From assembly GCA_003650545.1 (NCBI GenBank), contig QMQO01000008.1, forward strand, positions 1-41,119: DNA of 41,119 nucleotides. The letters are read 5' to 3'. The position numbers and the translations under genes are program-made. Positions 1 through 10,451 of this stretch are shown in pieces. Origin of the DNA: Candidatus Woesearchaeota archaeon. GTDB lineage: Archaea; Nanobdellota; Nanobdellia; Woesearchaeales; B72-G16. Each line of letters begins with the position of its first letter. Within the stretch, counting starts at the first letter, position 1. Under the pieces are notes generated by a model. It saw only the letters and a program-made list of their open reading frames with translations. It ran no database searches and was not told where the DNA came from.

Positions 1-3000
1 CTTGTTACATCATCGCCTATATCAAAACCATCTGGATTCCAGCTACATTGATCATTCATACCATTAGCACCCGGCACATAAGAATTCTCACACTGGCTTT
101 GATCAAATATTTCAAAGCAGTCATTCACGATTTGTTTATTGTCACAAATTCCTTCTGGAACTGCGTAAACATCTATTGGTCCATCACATACACCATCGCC
201 ATCACAATCAGGATTATCAGGGCATGGATCGCAAACATCTCCTACAGCATCACCATCAAAATCTGATTGATCTGGGTTTGGTGTGTAAACACAATTATCA
301 TCAGAATCTAGTATACCATCATCATCTGAGTCTATCGCAGGTATGTTAAAAATTTCTTGACAAGCATCTCCTATGCCATCATCTACTCCATACAATATAA
401 TATCTGAATTGTTCTGATCAGGGTTGTACACATCTGGACAGTTATCAAATATGTCTGGTAAACCATCTCCATCAAAATCTGGTTGTACATAATATGTTGT
501 GTTTGTTTCAGGGTTATATTGTTCCTGATTGTTGTAAGGCGAGTCTTCATCACACCTGTCACCAATGCCATCACTATCTGTATCCAATTGGTCTGGGTTG
601 TATGCGTACAAACAATTATCTATAATATCGTACACACCATCACTGTCATAGTCTACAAAATTTGGTGAGTCTGCTTGACCTATTTCATTAGGTGCTATAT
701 TGCCGTTTGCATAATAGTTGTTTTGATAACTATTAGCTCCGTATGGATCATCAACACCGCAATCAAAATTATTGTTTTCAATGTTGTTATCTTGGGTGTC
801 AGAATCTATGATTTGTAAATCATATCCTCCACCACAAACTTCAAATTTATTGTATGTAAAGTTATTTCCAGTTGAAGGATCAACACAGACATGGCTTCCT
901 GCAAGGCAACCTGGTGCAGAAGCATCTACATTAACAATGTTAACACCGTTGAAATAATTATAACTTACATCCATGTTTGCCACTGTTTTTAAATAAAGAT
1001 TTAATCCACCATTTGTCGTAAAATTGTTATAGCTCGTAGACACTTCATTTATACCCATCAAATAAGCGCCTATTTTACCATTATTAATTATTTTATTATC
1101 ATTAATGTATACTGCTCCAGAGCTGACCACAATAATTCCTGATCCTTTGTTGTCTGAGATTATGTTTTGTTTAGCACCAAAATCAACAGATGCAGAATTT
1201 ATTATGGTTGCGCCTGTGTTTCCGTTGTTAGTAAATCTGGATAGACCTACCTGCATGTTAGAAACTCCATCAGCAAACATTCCATCTTGTGTGTTCTCTG
1301 TGAACTCTGAACTATCTATCATTACATCGCCTGTTCTTAATAAGAATATTCCATAATTATTATTTCTTGCTTGTGTATTTTTAACAGACACTGTAGAAGC
1401 ATCTATTGCATCTATTCCAACATTAAAGTTTTCAATGTCACAATTCGATATCAAAACATTTCTTCTCAAAGGCATTATCTTTATGCCTATGCCAGTTTTA
1501 TCTGTTCCGGTTAACATAAATCCTGAGCAATCTATTGTAACATCATTTGCATCAATTATGATGCCATCTCTTGCACAATTATAATCCTGATCTAGAGTGA
1601 TCTTTGCACCATCCTCTGTTATTGTAATACCACAACCTATTTCAAAATCTGACTTTACCATTTTATTGCGTGTTGCTGCACCGAAGAAAACACCACTATC
1701 CTTCTGTATTAGGTATCTAACTTTGTTGCTTGACAATGCTGGCAGTGAAGCCTCGTTTATCAACACATCCATCTGTGTTTCTCCTGCATTTTTTGTGTAC
1801 AACTTGCCAATCCCAGCATCTGAAAATCCTATCATCACTGAATCACGACTATCGCCATAATCTAACTCTGTTGTTGACAATGCTTCAACATTTGGACTTG
1901 GTAATATTGGATATTCATAATCTTTTACTGATCTGAATGCTCTTGATCCTGCGCTGACAAACAATTGTTTTCTGATTCCTTTTCGCACAATCGTTGGTGC
2001 GGAACAAGTTGTTGCGCCATAGATATCACTGCATTTCAACTCAATTTTGTACCCATCAGGACTTGTGGAATCAAACCAATTTATGCCGTCTTCTGAAGTT
2101 GCTGAATGGATGTTTCGATGTTCCCATCCAGATCCTGTATAATAATCATATTTCGAGAAATACATTTTGTATAACCCGTTTTCCTTAACAACCCAAGGAT
2201 CGAATGCTCCACGGCCATAACCAAACGAATTGTAAGGCAGGACTGATCCACGATCTCCATTTCCTTGAACCTTTGTCCATGTTATCCCATCTGTCGATGT
2301 TAGATAATAAACATACGTTCTAGTAAATGGTTGAGGATCTGTGGTACGATAAGCAGCAACCCACATTCTGTAGATTCCTTTTTGATAATCAAGCATCACA
2401 AAAGGCTTGCCAAAGAAGACTGCGTTTGGGTCTGCATCCAAGATGTTGACATCAACAACTGGTGATATTTTATATCCCCAATAATTAATTCCATCTGGCG
2501 ATGAAGCATGCCAGACAACACCATAGTCATTCGTCGATGTGTTGTAAGCAGTGAAGTACATATGATAATTTCGCTGTTTTGGGTTTTTAAGTACAACTAA
2601 TCCTTGTTTATAATAAGCATATTGCATCTCCAAACCATAATCTCGTGGTGCAAACACTTGACGAGGTTGATCCCAATCATACCCATCATCAGATGTTGTG
2701 TACATTATCACAGCAGAACCATCGATATATGTAATGTACCACATTTTGTATTTAGCATCATCAAAATCATACAGCACACTCTGACCACGATAATAAGTGT
2801 TCTGGTTTAGATTGATGTCGAATGGCTTTGGCCATGCTCCTACACTAGAATTTTTCGTAGACAATACGTTAGCCTGCGCAAACTCTTCACGCTGTGGGGT
2901 GAACTTTAAAACACCGACTCCTTTGTCTGACGCAAGCATGTAATTCACGAACAAAGGAGTTTCTTCTGCTTTTATGACTTGTGCTTCACAAATCGCCAAA

Positions 3001-6000
3001 CCATGATGCCTAACATGCTGACCACCGCCATATAGAGATTCAACAGCATATATTTTCACGTACCTTGCTGGTGTTTTTTCAAAAGGAAAATCTATCCATC
3101 CTGTTTTCCAACTGCCATAATCGCTTCTATAATATTGTCTTACACGAGTATAATTAACACCATCCACAGATGTATATATAGCTATGGTTTTAGGAGTTGC
3201 GAATGATTTGTAGCAACCATTCGCACCGACAAAAAGCCTTACTTTGCTTATGTTGATGATGTCCTCTAAATCAATAATCAAATTAACTGATCCAACTTCT
3301 TCATAGTACAACTGATCTTTGCATGGCCGATTTACATAAGTACAATAAGGAGGTGGAGTAGGATGTATATCTATGTAAGTATAATTGCTTATATGATATT
3401 TAGCACAGCCAAGCTCACCATCTGTTAGTTTTGTGTTCTGAGGATCAGTTAGTTTAAAATCAGTACTTGTCCAGTATCCTGATATACCACCGAATTTGCT
3501 TTGTTTTATGTAAGGTTTTCCAAGAGCAACATTTAAATTATCATCTCCAATCAAGCCGCCAGCTGTCAATGGTTTGCTAGAAAAGAAACCTTTGCTACCT
3601 GATGCAATTAAATTTACAGGAACATGCTTACTCGCCACTGGAAAAGGACCAAAAGAAACATCTTTTTCAAAACTATCCAGACCTGTTTCTCTGTCATAAG
3701 AAGAATCATAAGTAGCAGCAAATATCCTATCAGTACCCACCCATCCAAATCTATCCACATTATCTTTGAACAAAGCACGCAACCCATTGTACGATGCTAC
3801 CAAGGAATTACGCCTGTTCCACAAAACAATAGTTGGAATTAATTTTTTGTATCCATCTGAACTTTTATGAACAAATTGTATGTTTGACGTGAACGGAATG
3901 TCTGGACAATTATTTCCTGCTATCATTAAAATGGCTTTCCTGAATCTATAAGCTTCTGGATCTGAGCCAGCTGGTCCACGACCATTGTCAGGATTCCATC
4001 CGTATGTGCTGAATTCAGGAACCTTTGCAAAGCTATCAGACAAATCCATCAGTATCATTGAATCTTTTGCACCTATTGCAAGAACTGGTTTTATCCCTTT
4101 TCCAACAGGTATTCCGTCAACAGGCGAACCAGTTGCTTCAACTTCGCAAAGCCAGAGATATTGATTATCGAATATTGAATACCTAATGTATCTTATGTTG
4201 TTTGCATTGTTTAATTGGCCAAAGATAATCCAATCGTTTTTATTAATCGGCACATTAATACCATAACTACCTTCATTTTTTTCTTGCATCAAGTGCCAAT
4301 TAACACCATCCAAAGAGCCCCAAACTTGTATCTTGTCTGGAAGAATATCACCATATTGACCACCGCCTATATTTATTCTTGTTCCACTAACATCATGAGG
4401 TTTTTCAAGGTCAAATGTTATGTTTATAACTCCATTTGCATTTGCCATGTCAGTTCCATCCCATCGCAACCCTATACATCCTTCAACTATTCCTGATTCA
4501 ATTTTACCGTTTGTCAATGAAGGAACATCCAGATCATTTCTATGATCTGTTAATGGAGGCAGTTTATCTTGTGTATTGTATGCCCACCAAGGAAGAACTG
4601 GTTCAATTGTGTAACCACTTCTAGCTAATATATTTTGAGTGCTCTTACCTTCAAAATCATAGTATCCTGTATCAATATCATAAACAACATGCCTGCCTGG
4701 GTTAACATTTCGGTCGCACGCCCATCCCCATAACTGCATGTTGCTGTTGTAATGCCCGTAATAACCTTTTTTATCATTTCTCTCAGTTATTGTGCCGTTG
4801 TATAGCATTATGCTTGGCTCATTATTCCAAGGGAAAGTAGCCATTATCCAGCCAGCATTGTCTCTTTTAAAATCTACAAAGAAAACTCCATTCCCACCGC
4901 GCACTATTCCAAACAAATAACCATCAATCATCTTCACTTCATTAAGAAAACTCACACTCGTGCCTTGAGAATATGGATTAAAGATGCTATCTCTAGATAG
5001 ATTAAACCTCATCCACATTTCATCTGTTTCTGCATCGATTATGTCAACATAACCCTGATTTTCAGAAGAGTTGAATGATGCTACAACATAAACTTCATCA
5101 GGGAAACACCTTTTGCTTCCTCTTGTAGCGGTGTTCAATGGTTCATTGTACCATGACTTTGTCGTATCACAGCGATTCCACGATTCTGCATCTGTATGTT
5201 CATAGATCTCGACTTCATCCAAATCACCAGAAGTACTCCTTACCCAAATAGAATCAGTTACAATATACGGAACATTGTTTGGAGTATTTGGAAGTTTTAT
5301 ATCAGTATAGTATAGCATACATTTATAATACTTGAATGTGTTGTATTTTAAGCAATGGTAATAACCAGGAGCAGATTCTGCACCCATGAGTTCATAGCCA
5401 CCTCCAGGAGCTTTGTAATAAATCTTTACTGTTGGATTTATTCCGCCTAAAAAAGTTTTTACTTCGTCTATAGCTTTCATCTCGTCAAAATTAAAAACAA
5501 TATCAACAACATCATAGGGAGGCTTGCCGGGACTTCTTATTGTTACTTCTGAACAAGTTTCTGTTCTGTACATTCCACCAACCCAAAATTTTCTTATAGC
5601 AGCACAATAACTTTTGTCTGTAAGTTGGTCTCCTAAAGGAATAGGTTTGATTAAATTTCCATACACTATAGATACACTTGCTTCAGGCGCAATATTCTTG
5701 CGGTGTTCAGCAGGCGCGTATCTTGTGATTGCATAGACATCATTGCCTCCAATTACTGGTGTCCCAATCTCTTTTAAAACCATTCCTTCACAAGCAGGGT
5801 CTGTGCAGACATCTGTTCTGCAAATCCCAGAAACACAGTTGCCAATGCAATCATTATTGCTTGTACATGAACTGCCGTCTTCACAAGGAGGACATGGTCC
5901 ACCGCAGTCAACATCGCTCTCGCCATTATTCTGGTATCCGTCTAGGCATGTCAACGCAACTGGTCCACAAACACCATTGTCGCAGTTAAAACTTCTGCAG

Positions 6001-9000
6001 TCAGAATCAACCAAACAAGATTGTTGTTCAGTACACCTCAAACCAAAATATTGTGAACATGTTGCTCCACAATCTACATCTGTTTCAAGAGCAGGGTCTA
6101 AGATTTTTTCATCAGTACAATCTGCTATAGGGACTATACAGACTCCATAATCACCTCCTGCTGATTTATCGCACCTCAAACCAGTTTCACAATCAGTATC
6201 ATCATAGCAGCCTTCACCGCCAGGACACCTATCTGGACATATATCACCGCCGCAATCAATGCCAGTTTCATCCTGGTTTTGAATACCATCGCTACAAGTT
6301 TCTTGTATCTCAAAACTATGGGTTACACCATCTGCATCAATCCATGTCTCTGCTGGTCCAGAAACACCGAATGATGGAGTGTCACCAACATCTATGTCAA
6401 TTGTTTTGGCAACATAATTAGGATCTTTATAACCTAAACTTATGTCAACATCTTTCATACCTAAACAAGTTCCAGTTGGTTGTAAAAATTTCAGCTTAAC
6501 AGGACCCAGATTATTATTCAAGGTTCCATCATAAAACTTAGGCGAAGGAAATCCTGTTGTAAAATAAGCGTACATATCAGTTACGCCTGGGAATAACTCA
6601 CTCCTAACCTCTACTTTCCAATTTGCACATCCTGCCAGAGGATTGCCTGCTATCTGTCCTTTTGTGACATCTTTCACCCACAATGCCCTGCCTGGTCCAC
6701 CTGCACCAACACCAAATTGAGTAAAATGTGTTGTTGTAAATTTAAGCTGGCCTGGGACGCTTCTGTCAATTGGTGATTCAAACCATTCTTTCCATTCTCC
6801 TGCAACAGGATCATACACAAGAATAGTCAATTGGTTTGGATCAGGATAAGCATTGGTATCATAATACAACACTATCTCAACAGGGCTGTTGAAGTCTGTT
6901 TCAACAGGTCCGAATGAATATGTATTAATCGGTGTTATGTCAACAGCACCTAGTGAAAATGTTGGCTCGCTGCCTGTGTATTCTGCTGTTATAGGAGTAT
7001 CATAAGACAAAGCATTTGCTGGGATGTTAACATCTGCCTGTGCAGTTGTATCGCCTGACTTAAGCGTAATTGTACCTCCTGTGCTGGCCTCAACATAATC
7101 CTGCGCACTATCGCCAGTGGACACACTACAATCACCAAAGCAAATATCACAAGCATCTCCTATGCCATCATTATCAGAATCTGCTTGATCAAAATTGCTT
7201 TCTTTAGGGCAGTTATCATCCACATCCAAAACACCATCATTATCATCATCTGGATCGCACTTGTCTCCTGCTGTGTCTATTGCTATTTCTTCAGGGGTTA
7301 AAGCCTTTTTCAGGATTCTTACTTCGTCTATATAATAGCTATGGTTGCAAGATAAACCCGTAGTATATTCTGTTCTTCCGATTGTAAGAGGTTCATTCAT
7401 AGAAACATAGCAAGTTGTTATTCCTGTGCTCGTTGCAACTTCATTGCCATCTACATAAAGCTTTAACTCTCCTGTTGCAACATTTCTGACAACAGCTATA
7501 TGATACCACCTATTCGTTTCAGTTATGATATCAAGAGCATCCACCACAGCGCTGCAGGTACCTGCAGATATTTGAAATTCTATTTCTCCTCCGCTTGTAC
7601 CAGTTACCGTACCCCAACGAGCAATTTGCCATCCGTCTCCTCCTGTTCCTTTGTAGATAAGAATTAGATCTTCTTCAAGATCTTCAAACTTTGCCCAAAA
7701 TTCAAGAGTGAAGTTACCATCTTCAGGATCAAACAACGGACTCGTAGATCCCTCTGCATACACATCACCAATGAATGAAAGTGCTGATCCAAACTTTCCT
7801 TGTGTCCATGTTGCTCCATTAATTGTAAGATCGCTGTTCTGTGCTTCATCTTTAGAAATCGAACCTGCTCCTTCGTTTAGGTGCCACAATCCTGTTGTAT
7901 AACTTGTTACCCCTCGCTCGCCGCCATCTGTATCGATCTGTGATGGATTATATACATAGGGACAGTTATCAACACTATATTCAAAGCCATCACAATCATT
8001 ATCATCAGAACAATCCGGACCTGTAGAAGCAGAGGTCAAGAAGGGTGTGTAATCAACCTGGCCTGTATTTTCGATGATTCCTGCTTCAATCTGCACTGGG
8101 TCTGTTGTGCCCCACCAATTATATTCTGCGACAATAGTATCATGTTGGTCATTTTTTAAATTAGCGTATGAGTTGCTGTATATGTTATTATAGGATATAA
8201 CATTGTCTGTTGAACCTCCACTCAAAGAAACTCCTACTGTTAAACCAGTCATGTCATTATAATCTATAATATTATTATTTGCACCTGACATACCAATTCC
8301 AAAAGAATTTGTCCAAGTACTGGAAAAACTATTGTGTCTGACAAGATTATTATCTCCATACAACATTAAGCCTGTTGAAACATCTCCAAGAATTATATTA
8401 TTAATAATTTTATTATGATCACTATTTGGATTTTTAAAGTCTCCTATTGACATGCCCCATCCTTGATCAGCTATTCTTATATAATTTCCATCGATTGTGT
8501 TATAATATGAATCGTACATCCGGACGCCTTTTCCAAAATTATATATCTTATTGTTTGATATTTCTGCATAATTGTTCGCAAATATATCAATGCCTGGAGA
8601 ACCATAGTTTATTCCTGAATAATAAAATTCATTTCCAGAAATTTTATTATCAACAACTTGCGGATGGCCTGTATAAGCCCTTATGAATACTCCTGTATAT
8701 TTAATATTCGTGAAATTATTATTAATGATTGAATTTGAATTTGCATTTATTATATCTACACCTGCATTAAAATTATCTATGTTGCAATTTTTCAAGATGA
8801 AATTATCATTGTACACTAATATTCCTTTTGAATATGTTGTCCCAGGACCTGTTATTTTATGTCCTTGACAATCTATAGTAATTTTATCAGCATGTACCTC
8901 AAAACAATAATCCCCAGAAGTAGAGATATCGCTTGTTAAAACATACTCAGTATTGCTGGTTGTTAAAGTAATACCACAGCTTGATAAAATAATAGGACAA

Positions 9001-9356
9001 CCATTGCCTGGATAGATGTTTGGATTGTTATCATCGCAATCTTCAGCAGCACAATCATAAGTTGGATTTGCAGAATCTTTATAGTTTCCTTCGTAGCCAT
9101 CACCATCTTGATCACACTGCTGGCATGTTCCACTATCACAATATTCAGGATTTTTCGGATCAGTCCATCCTGCAACTTCACAATCAGAACCATCTAAACA
9201 AGGATCACCAACTGCTTTGCCTGTTATGTTTCCTTTTGGGATTAAAAAGAAGAGAGCTAACGCTATTGCAAGAACCAAAACAACGAGGAAAGCTGGAAAT
9301 AATCTTGATGATGATGTAAACGCTTTTTTATACAATGCTCTCTCCTCTTTTTTCAT
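1..9356 (-). CDS. Giant multidomain membrane-anchored surface protein (>=3118 aa, 3' end outside window): TM anchor, beta-helix x2, TSP3 repeats, LamG, ZU5-like, Cys-rich repeats, three F5/8 type C-like domains, five-bladed beta-propeller
   Basis: ATG at 9356 preceded by GGAGG (9366-9370, minus strand). Manual translation starts MKKEERALYKKAFTSSSRLFPAFLVVLVLAIALALFFLIPKGNITGKAV and the same frame reads ...PDGFDIGDDVT at the left edge. The ORF track lists no ORF in this frame, consistent with no stop codon inside the window. Motifs: NWWG (beta-helix end), GLWHLNEG/FTLEFW/WYHIAVV/LYVDG (LamG), DNC..NPDQ.D.D.DGIGD.C (TSP3), TTHFTQF (ZU5-like), SxDGxxW-type x4. Confidence 0.92.
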   Translation of the reverse strand, partial: MKKEERALYKKAFTSSSRLFPAFLVVLVLAIALALFFLIPKGNITGKAVGDPCLDGSDCEVAGWTDPKNPEYCDSGTCQQCDQDGDGYEGNYKDSANPTYDCAAEDCDDNNPNIYPGNGCPIILSSCGITLTTSNTEYVLTSDISTSGDYCFEVHADKITIDCQGHKITGPGTTYSKGILVYNDNFILKNCNIDNFNAGVDIINANSNSIINNNFTNIKYTGVFIRAYTGHPQVVDNKISGNEFYYSGINYGSPGIDIFANNYAEISNNKIYNFGKGVRMYDSYYNTIDGNYIRIADQGWGMSIGDFKNPNSDHNKIINNIILGDVSTGLMLYGDNNLVRHNSFSSTWTNSFGIGMSGANNNIIDYNDMTGLTVGVSLSGGSTDNVISYNNIYSNSYANLKNDQHDTIVAEYNWWGTTDPVQIEAGIIENTGQVDYTPFLTSASTGPDCSDDNDCDGFEYSVDNCPYVYNPSQIDTDGGERGVTSYTTGLWHLNEGAGSISKDEAQNSDLTINGATWTQGKFGSALSFIGDVYAEGSTSPLFDPEDGNFTLEFWAKFEDLEEDLILIYKGTGGDGWQIARWGTVTGTSGGEIEFQISAGTCSAVVDALDIITETNRWYHIAVVRNVATGELKLYVDGNEVATSTGITTCYVSMNEPLTIGRTEYTTGLSCNHSYYIDEVRILKKALTPEEIAIDTAGDKCDPDDDNDGVLDVDDNCPKESNFDQADSDNDGIGDACDICFGDCSVSTGDSAQDYVEASTGGTITLKSGDTTAQADVNIPANALSYDTPITAEYTGSEPTFSLGAVDITPINTYSFGPVETDFNSPVEIVLYYDTNAYPDPNQLTILVYDPVAGEWKEWFESPIDRSVPGQLKFTTTHFTQFGVGAGGPGRALWVKDVTKGQIAGNPLAGCANWKVEVRSELFPGVTDMYAYFTTGFPSPKFYDGTLNNNLGPVKLKFLQPTGTCLGMKDVDISLGYKDPNYVAKTIDIDVGDTPSFGVSGPAETWIDADGVTHSFEIQETCSDGIQNQDETGIDCGGDICPDRCPGGEGCYDDTDCETGLRCDKSAGGDYGVCIVPIADCTDEKILDPALETDVDCGATCSQYFGLRCTEQQSCLVDSDCRSFNCDNGVCGPVALTCLDGYQNNGESDVDCGGPCPPCEDGSSCTSNNDCIGNCVSGICRTDVCTDPACEGMVLKEIGTPVIGGNDVYAITRYAPAEHRKNIAPEASVSIVYGNLIKPIPLGDQLTDKSYCAAIRKFWVGGMYRTETCSEVTIRSPGKPPYDVVDIVFNFDEMKAIDEVKTFLGGINPTVKIYYKAPGGGYELMGAESAPGYYHCLKYNTFKYYKCMLYYTDIKLPNTPNNVPYIVTDSIWVRSTSGDLDEVEIYEHTDAESWNRCDTTKSWYNEPLNTATRGSKRCFPDEVYVVASFNSSENQGYVDIIDAETDEMWMRFNLSRDSIFNPYSQGTSVSFLNEVKMIDGYLFGIVRGGNGVFFVDFKRDNAGWIMATFPWNNEPSIMLYNGTITERNDKKGYYGHYNSNMQLWGWACDRNVNPGRHVVYDIDTGYYDFEGKSTQNILARSGYTIEPVLPWWAYNTQDKLPPLTDHRNDLDVPSLTNGKIESGIVEGCIGLRWDGTDMANANGVINITFDLEKPHDVSGTRINIGGGQYGDILPDKIQVWGSLDGVNWHLMQEKNEGSYGINVPINKNDWIIFGQLNNANNIRYIRYSIFDNQYLWLCEVEATGSPVDGIPVGKGIKPVLAIGAKDSMILMDLSDSFAKVPEFSTYGWNPDNGRGPAGSDPEAYRFRKAILMIAGNNCPDIPFTSNIQFVHKSSDGYKKLIPTIVLWNRRNSLVASYNGLRALFKDNVDRFGWVGTDRIFAATYDSSYDRETGLDSFEKDVSFGPFPVASKHVPVNLIASGSKGFFSSKPLTAGGLIGDDNLNVALGKPYIKQSKFGGISGYWTSTDFKLTDPQNTKLTDGELGCAKYHISNYTYIDIHPTPPPYCTYVNRPCKDQLYYEEVGSVNLIIDLEDIINISKVRLFVGANGCYKSFATPKTIAIYTSVDGVNYTRVRQYYRSDYGSWKTGWIDFPFEKTPARYVKIYAVESLYGGGQHVRHHGLAICEAQVIKAEETPLFVNYMLASDKGVGVLKFTPQREEFAQANVLSTKNSSVGAWPKPFDINLNQNTYYRGQSVLYDFDDAKYKMWYITYIDGSAVIMYTTSDDGYDWDQPRQVFAPRDYGLEMQYAYYKQGLVVLKNPKQRNYHMYFTAYNTSTNDYGVVWHASSPDGINYWGYKISPVVDVNILDADPNAVFFGKPFVMLDYQKGIYRMWVAAYRTTDPQPFTRTYVYYLTSTDGITWTKVQGNGDRGSVLPYNSFGYGRGAFDPWVVKENGLYKMYFSKYDYYTGSGWEHRNIHSATSEDGINWFDSTSPDGYKIELKCSDIYGATTCSAPTIVRKGIRKQLFVSAGSRAFRSVKDYEYPILPSPNVEALSTTELDYGDSRDSVMIGFSDAGIGKLYTKNAGETQMDVLINEASLPALSSNKVRYLIQKDSGVFFGAATRNKMVKSDFEIGCGITITEDGAKITLDQDYNCARDGIIIDANDVTIDCSGFMLTGTDKTGIGIKIMPLRRNVLISNCDIENFNVGIDAIDASTVSVKNTQARNNNYGIFLLRTGDVMIDSSEFTENTQDGMFADGVSNMQVGLSRFTNNGNTGATIINSASVDFGAKQNIISDNKGSGIIVVSSGAVYINDNKIINNGKIGAYLMGINEVSTSYNNFTTNGGLNLYLKTVANMDVSYNYFNGVNIVNVDASAPGCLAGSHVCVDPSTGNNFTYNKFEVCGGGYDLQIIDSDTQDNNIENNNFDCGVDDPYGANSYQNNYYANGNIAPNEIGQADSPNFVDYDSDGVYDIIDNCLYAYNPDQLDTDSDGIGDRCDEDSPYNNQEQYNPETNTTYYVQPDFDGDGLPDIFDNCPDVYNPDQNNSDIILYGVDDGIGDACQEIFNIPAIDSDDDGILDSDDNCVYTPNPDQSDFDGDAVGDVCDPCPDNPDCDGDGVCDGPIDVYAVPEGICDNKQIVNDCFEIFDQSQCENSYVPGANGMNDQCSWNPDGFDIGDDVT

Positions 9357-9562
9357 GATATCAAACCTCCTAGAACTAGAAATATTAAAGTTATTTTATT
9401 GGGTTCCCTCTTTTTTCCTTCCATTTTTCTCTATTAACTCACAAAGAAGTCCCCAACACAAAGATACGGTCTGGTATCTTTACTTCTTTTGACTAGGATA
9501 AAATAAATTCATATAAATAACTTTCGCTTTTTTTACTATGAAAAAATATAAGTTTAATAGGT

Positions 9563-9877
9563 TTAACTTCTAAATAGAATGAACCAAACAACTATTACTA
9601 TAATAACTATGATTATCATCAATAAGAGCAGATTATGTTTTTTTTTGGCTGGAGGTGTTAATTTTGTACCATGGTATTCTGCTGCTTTTCCTTGCTGCTT
9701 AGACCTTTTTTTTATAAATTTTTGTTTCACAAGTTCTTTTTTTTGTTTTTCTATTTTAGATGCTTTTTTTGCAGCAGCAAATTGTCTTTTTATTTCAGCC
9801 TTTGCATAAAATCCTTTACGAATGCCTTGGTTGATCTCTTGCATCTTTTCTTTATAAGCTTTTGTTTGTTTGTTCAT
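9563..9877 (-). CDS. Lys-rich hypothetical protein with C-terminal TM anchor
   Basis: ORF ending LLLLMIIIVIIVIVVWFILFRS. Probable start ATG 9877 (MNKQTK); overlaps the upstream gene. Confidence 0.7.
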   Translation of the reverse strand: MNKQTKAYKEKMQEINQGIRKGFYAKAEIKRQFAAAKKASKIEKQKKELVKQKFIKKRSKQQGKAAEYHGTKLTPPAKKKHNLLLLMIIIVIIVIVVWFILFRS

Positions 9878-10241
9878 TTTTCTCACTTTTATTCTTTTGG
9901 TATATTAAGACCAAAATAATCACTAATATATATATTATAGTAAAAATTGCAATAGAAGTTGGATTTATAATAGCTCTCATGTTTTCTTTTGTTTTGTAGA
10001 TAAATATATAGATAAAGTGTATAACTATCAATGGAGAAAGCACTAGTAGATTCTTTAGAAAGGTTTGTATGGTTACATCTCTTTTTTTAATGACAGGGAT
10101 TGTTATTTCGTGTTTCATAAAACATTTTTCTAGAGAATTTATTCTAGATTCGTGATTATCTAATGTAAATTTTATTTGCTCATTCCTGTTCTTAAAGAAG
10201 TTTATCCAGCCAATAATACGTTGCTCAGTTTTTTTATCCAT
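9852..10241 (-). CDS. Hypothetical membrane protein (N-terminal coiled coil, two TM helices)
   Basis: Probable ATG at 10241 (MDKKTEQ) with a TATA-like TTTATATA about 20-27 nt upstream; two hydrophobic segments. Confidence 0.7.
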   Translation of the reverse strand: MDKKTEQRIIGWINFFKNRNEQIKFTLDNHESRINSLEKCFMKHEITIPVIKKRDVTIQTFLKNLLVLSPLIVIHFIYIFIYKTKENMRAIINPTSIAIFTIIYILVIILVLIYQKNKSEKNEQTNKSL

Positions 10242-10451
10242 TAGTGACAAGAATGAATAAATATATAAAAAGATTGTTTAGTATCGTATAGTGTACATTA
10301 TTTGTATTGAGGATTATGATTGAGGAACTTTTAATGTTTTTTATTCTTTCCTCTAACAAACATCTTCAAAGACATCACGACATAGACTGTGACGTTCAGT
10401 CTTTGTTCACAACATTCTTGGCTTGAGTGCTGTGAGATGTATTCTTACCAG

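Noticed and set aside
48..9492. The many short ORFs listed in the track across the first 9.5 kb
   Set aside because: They are antisense or off-frame shadows of the single giant minus-strand ORF and have no recognisable motifs.
10251..10451. Possible small RNA or ORF in this spacer
   Set aside because: Only short, weak stems and no supported start codon; not enough evidence.
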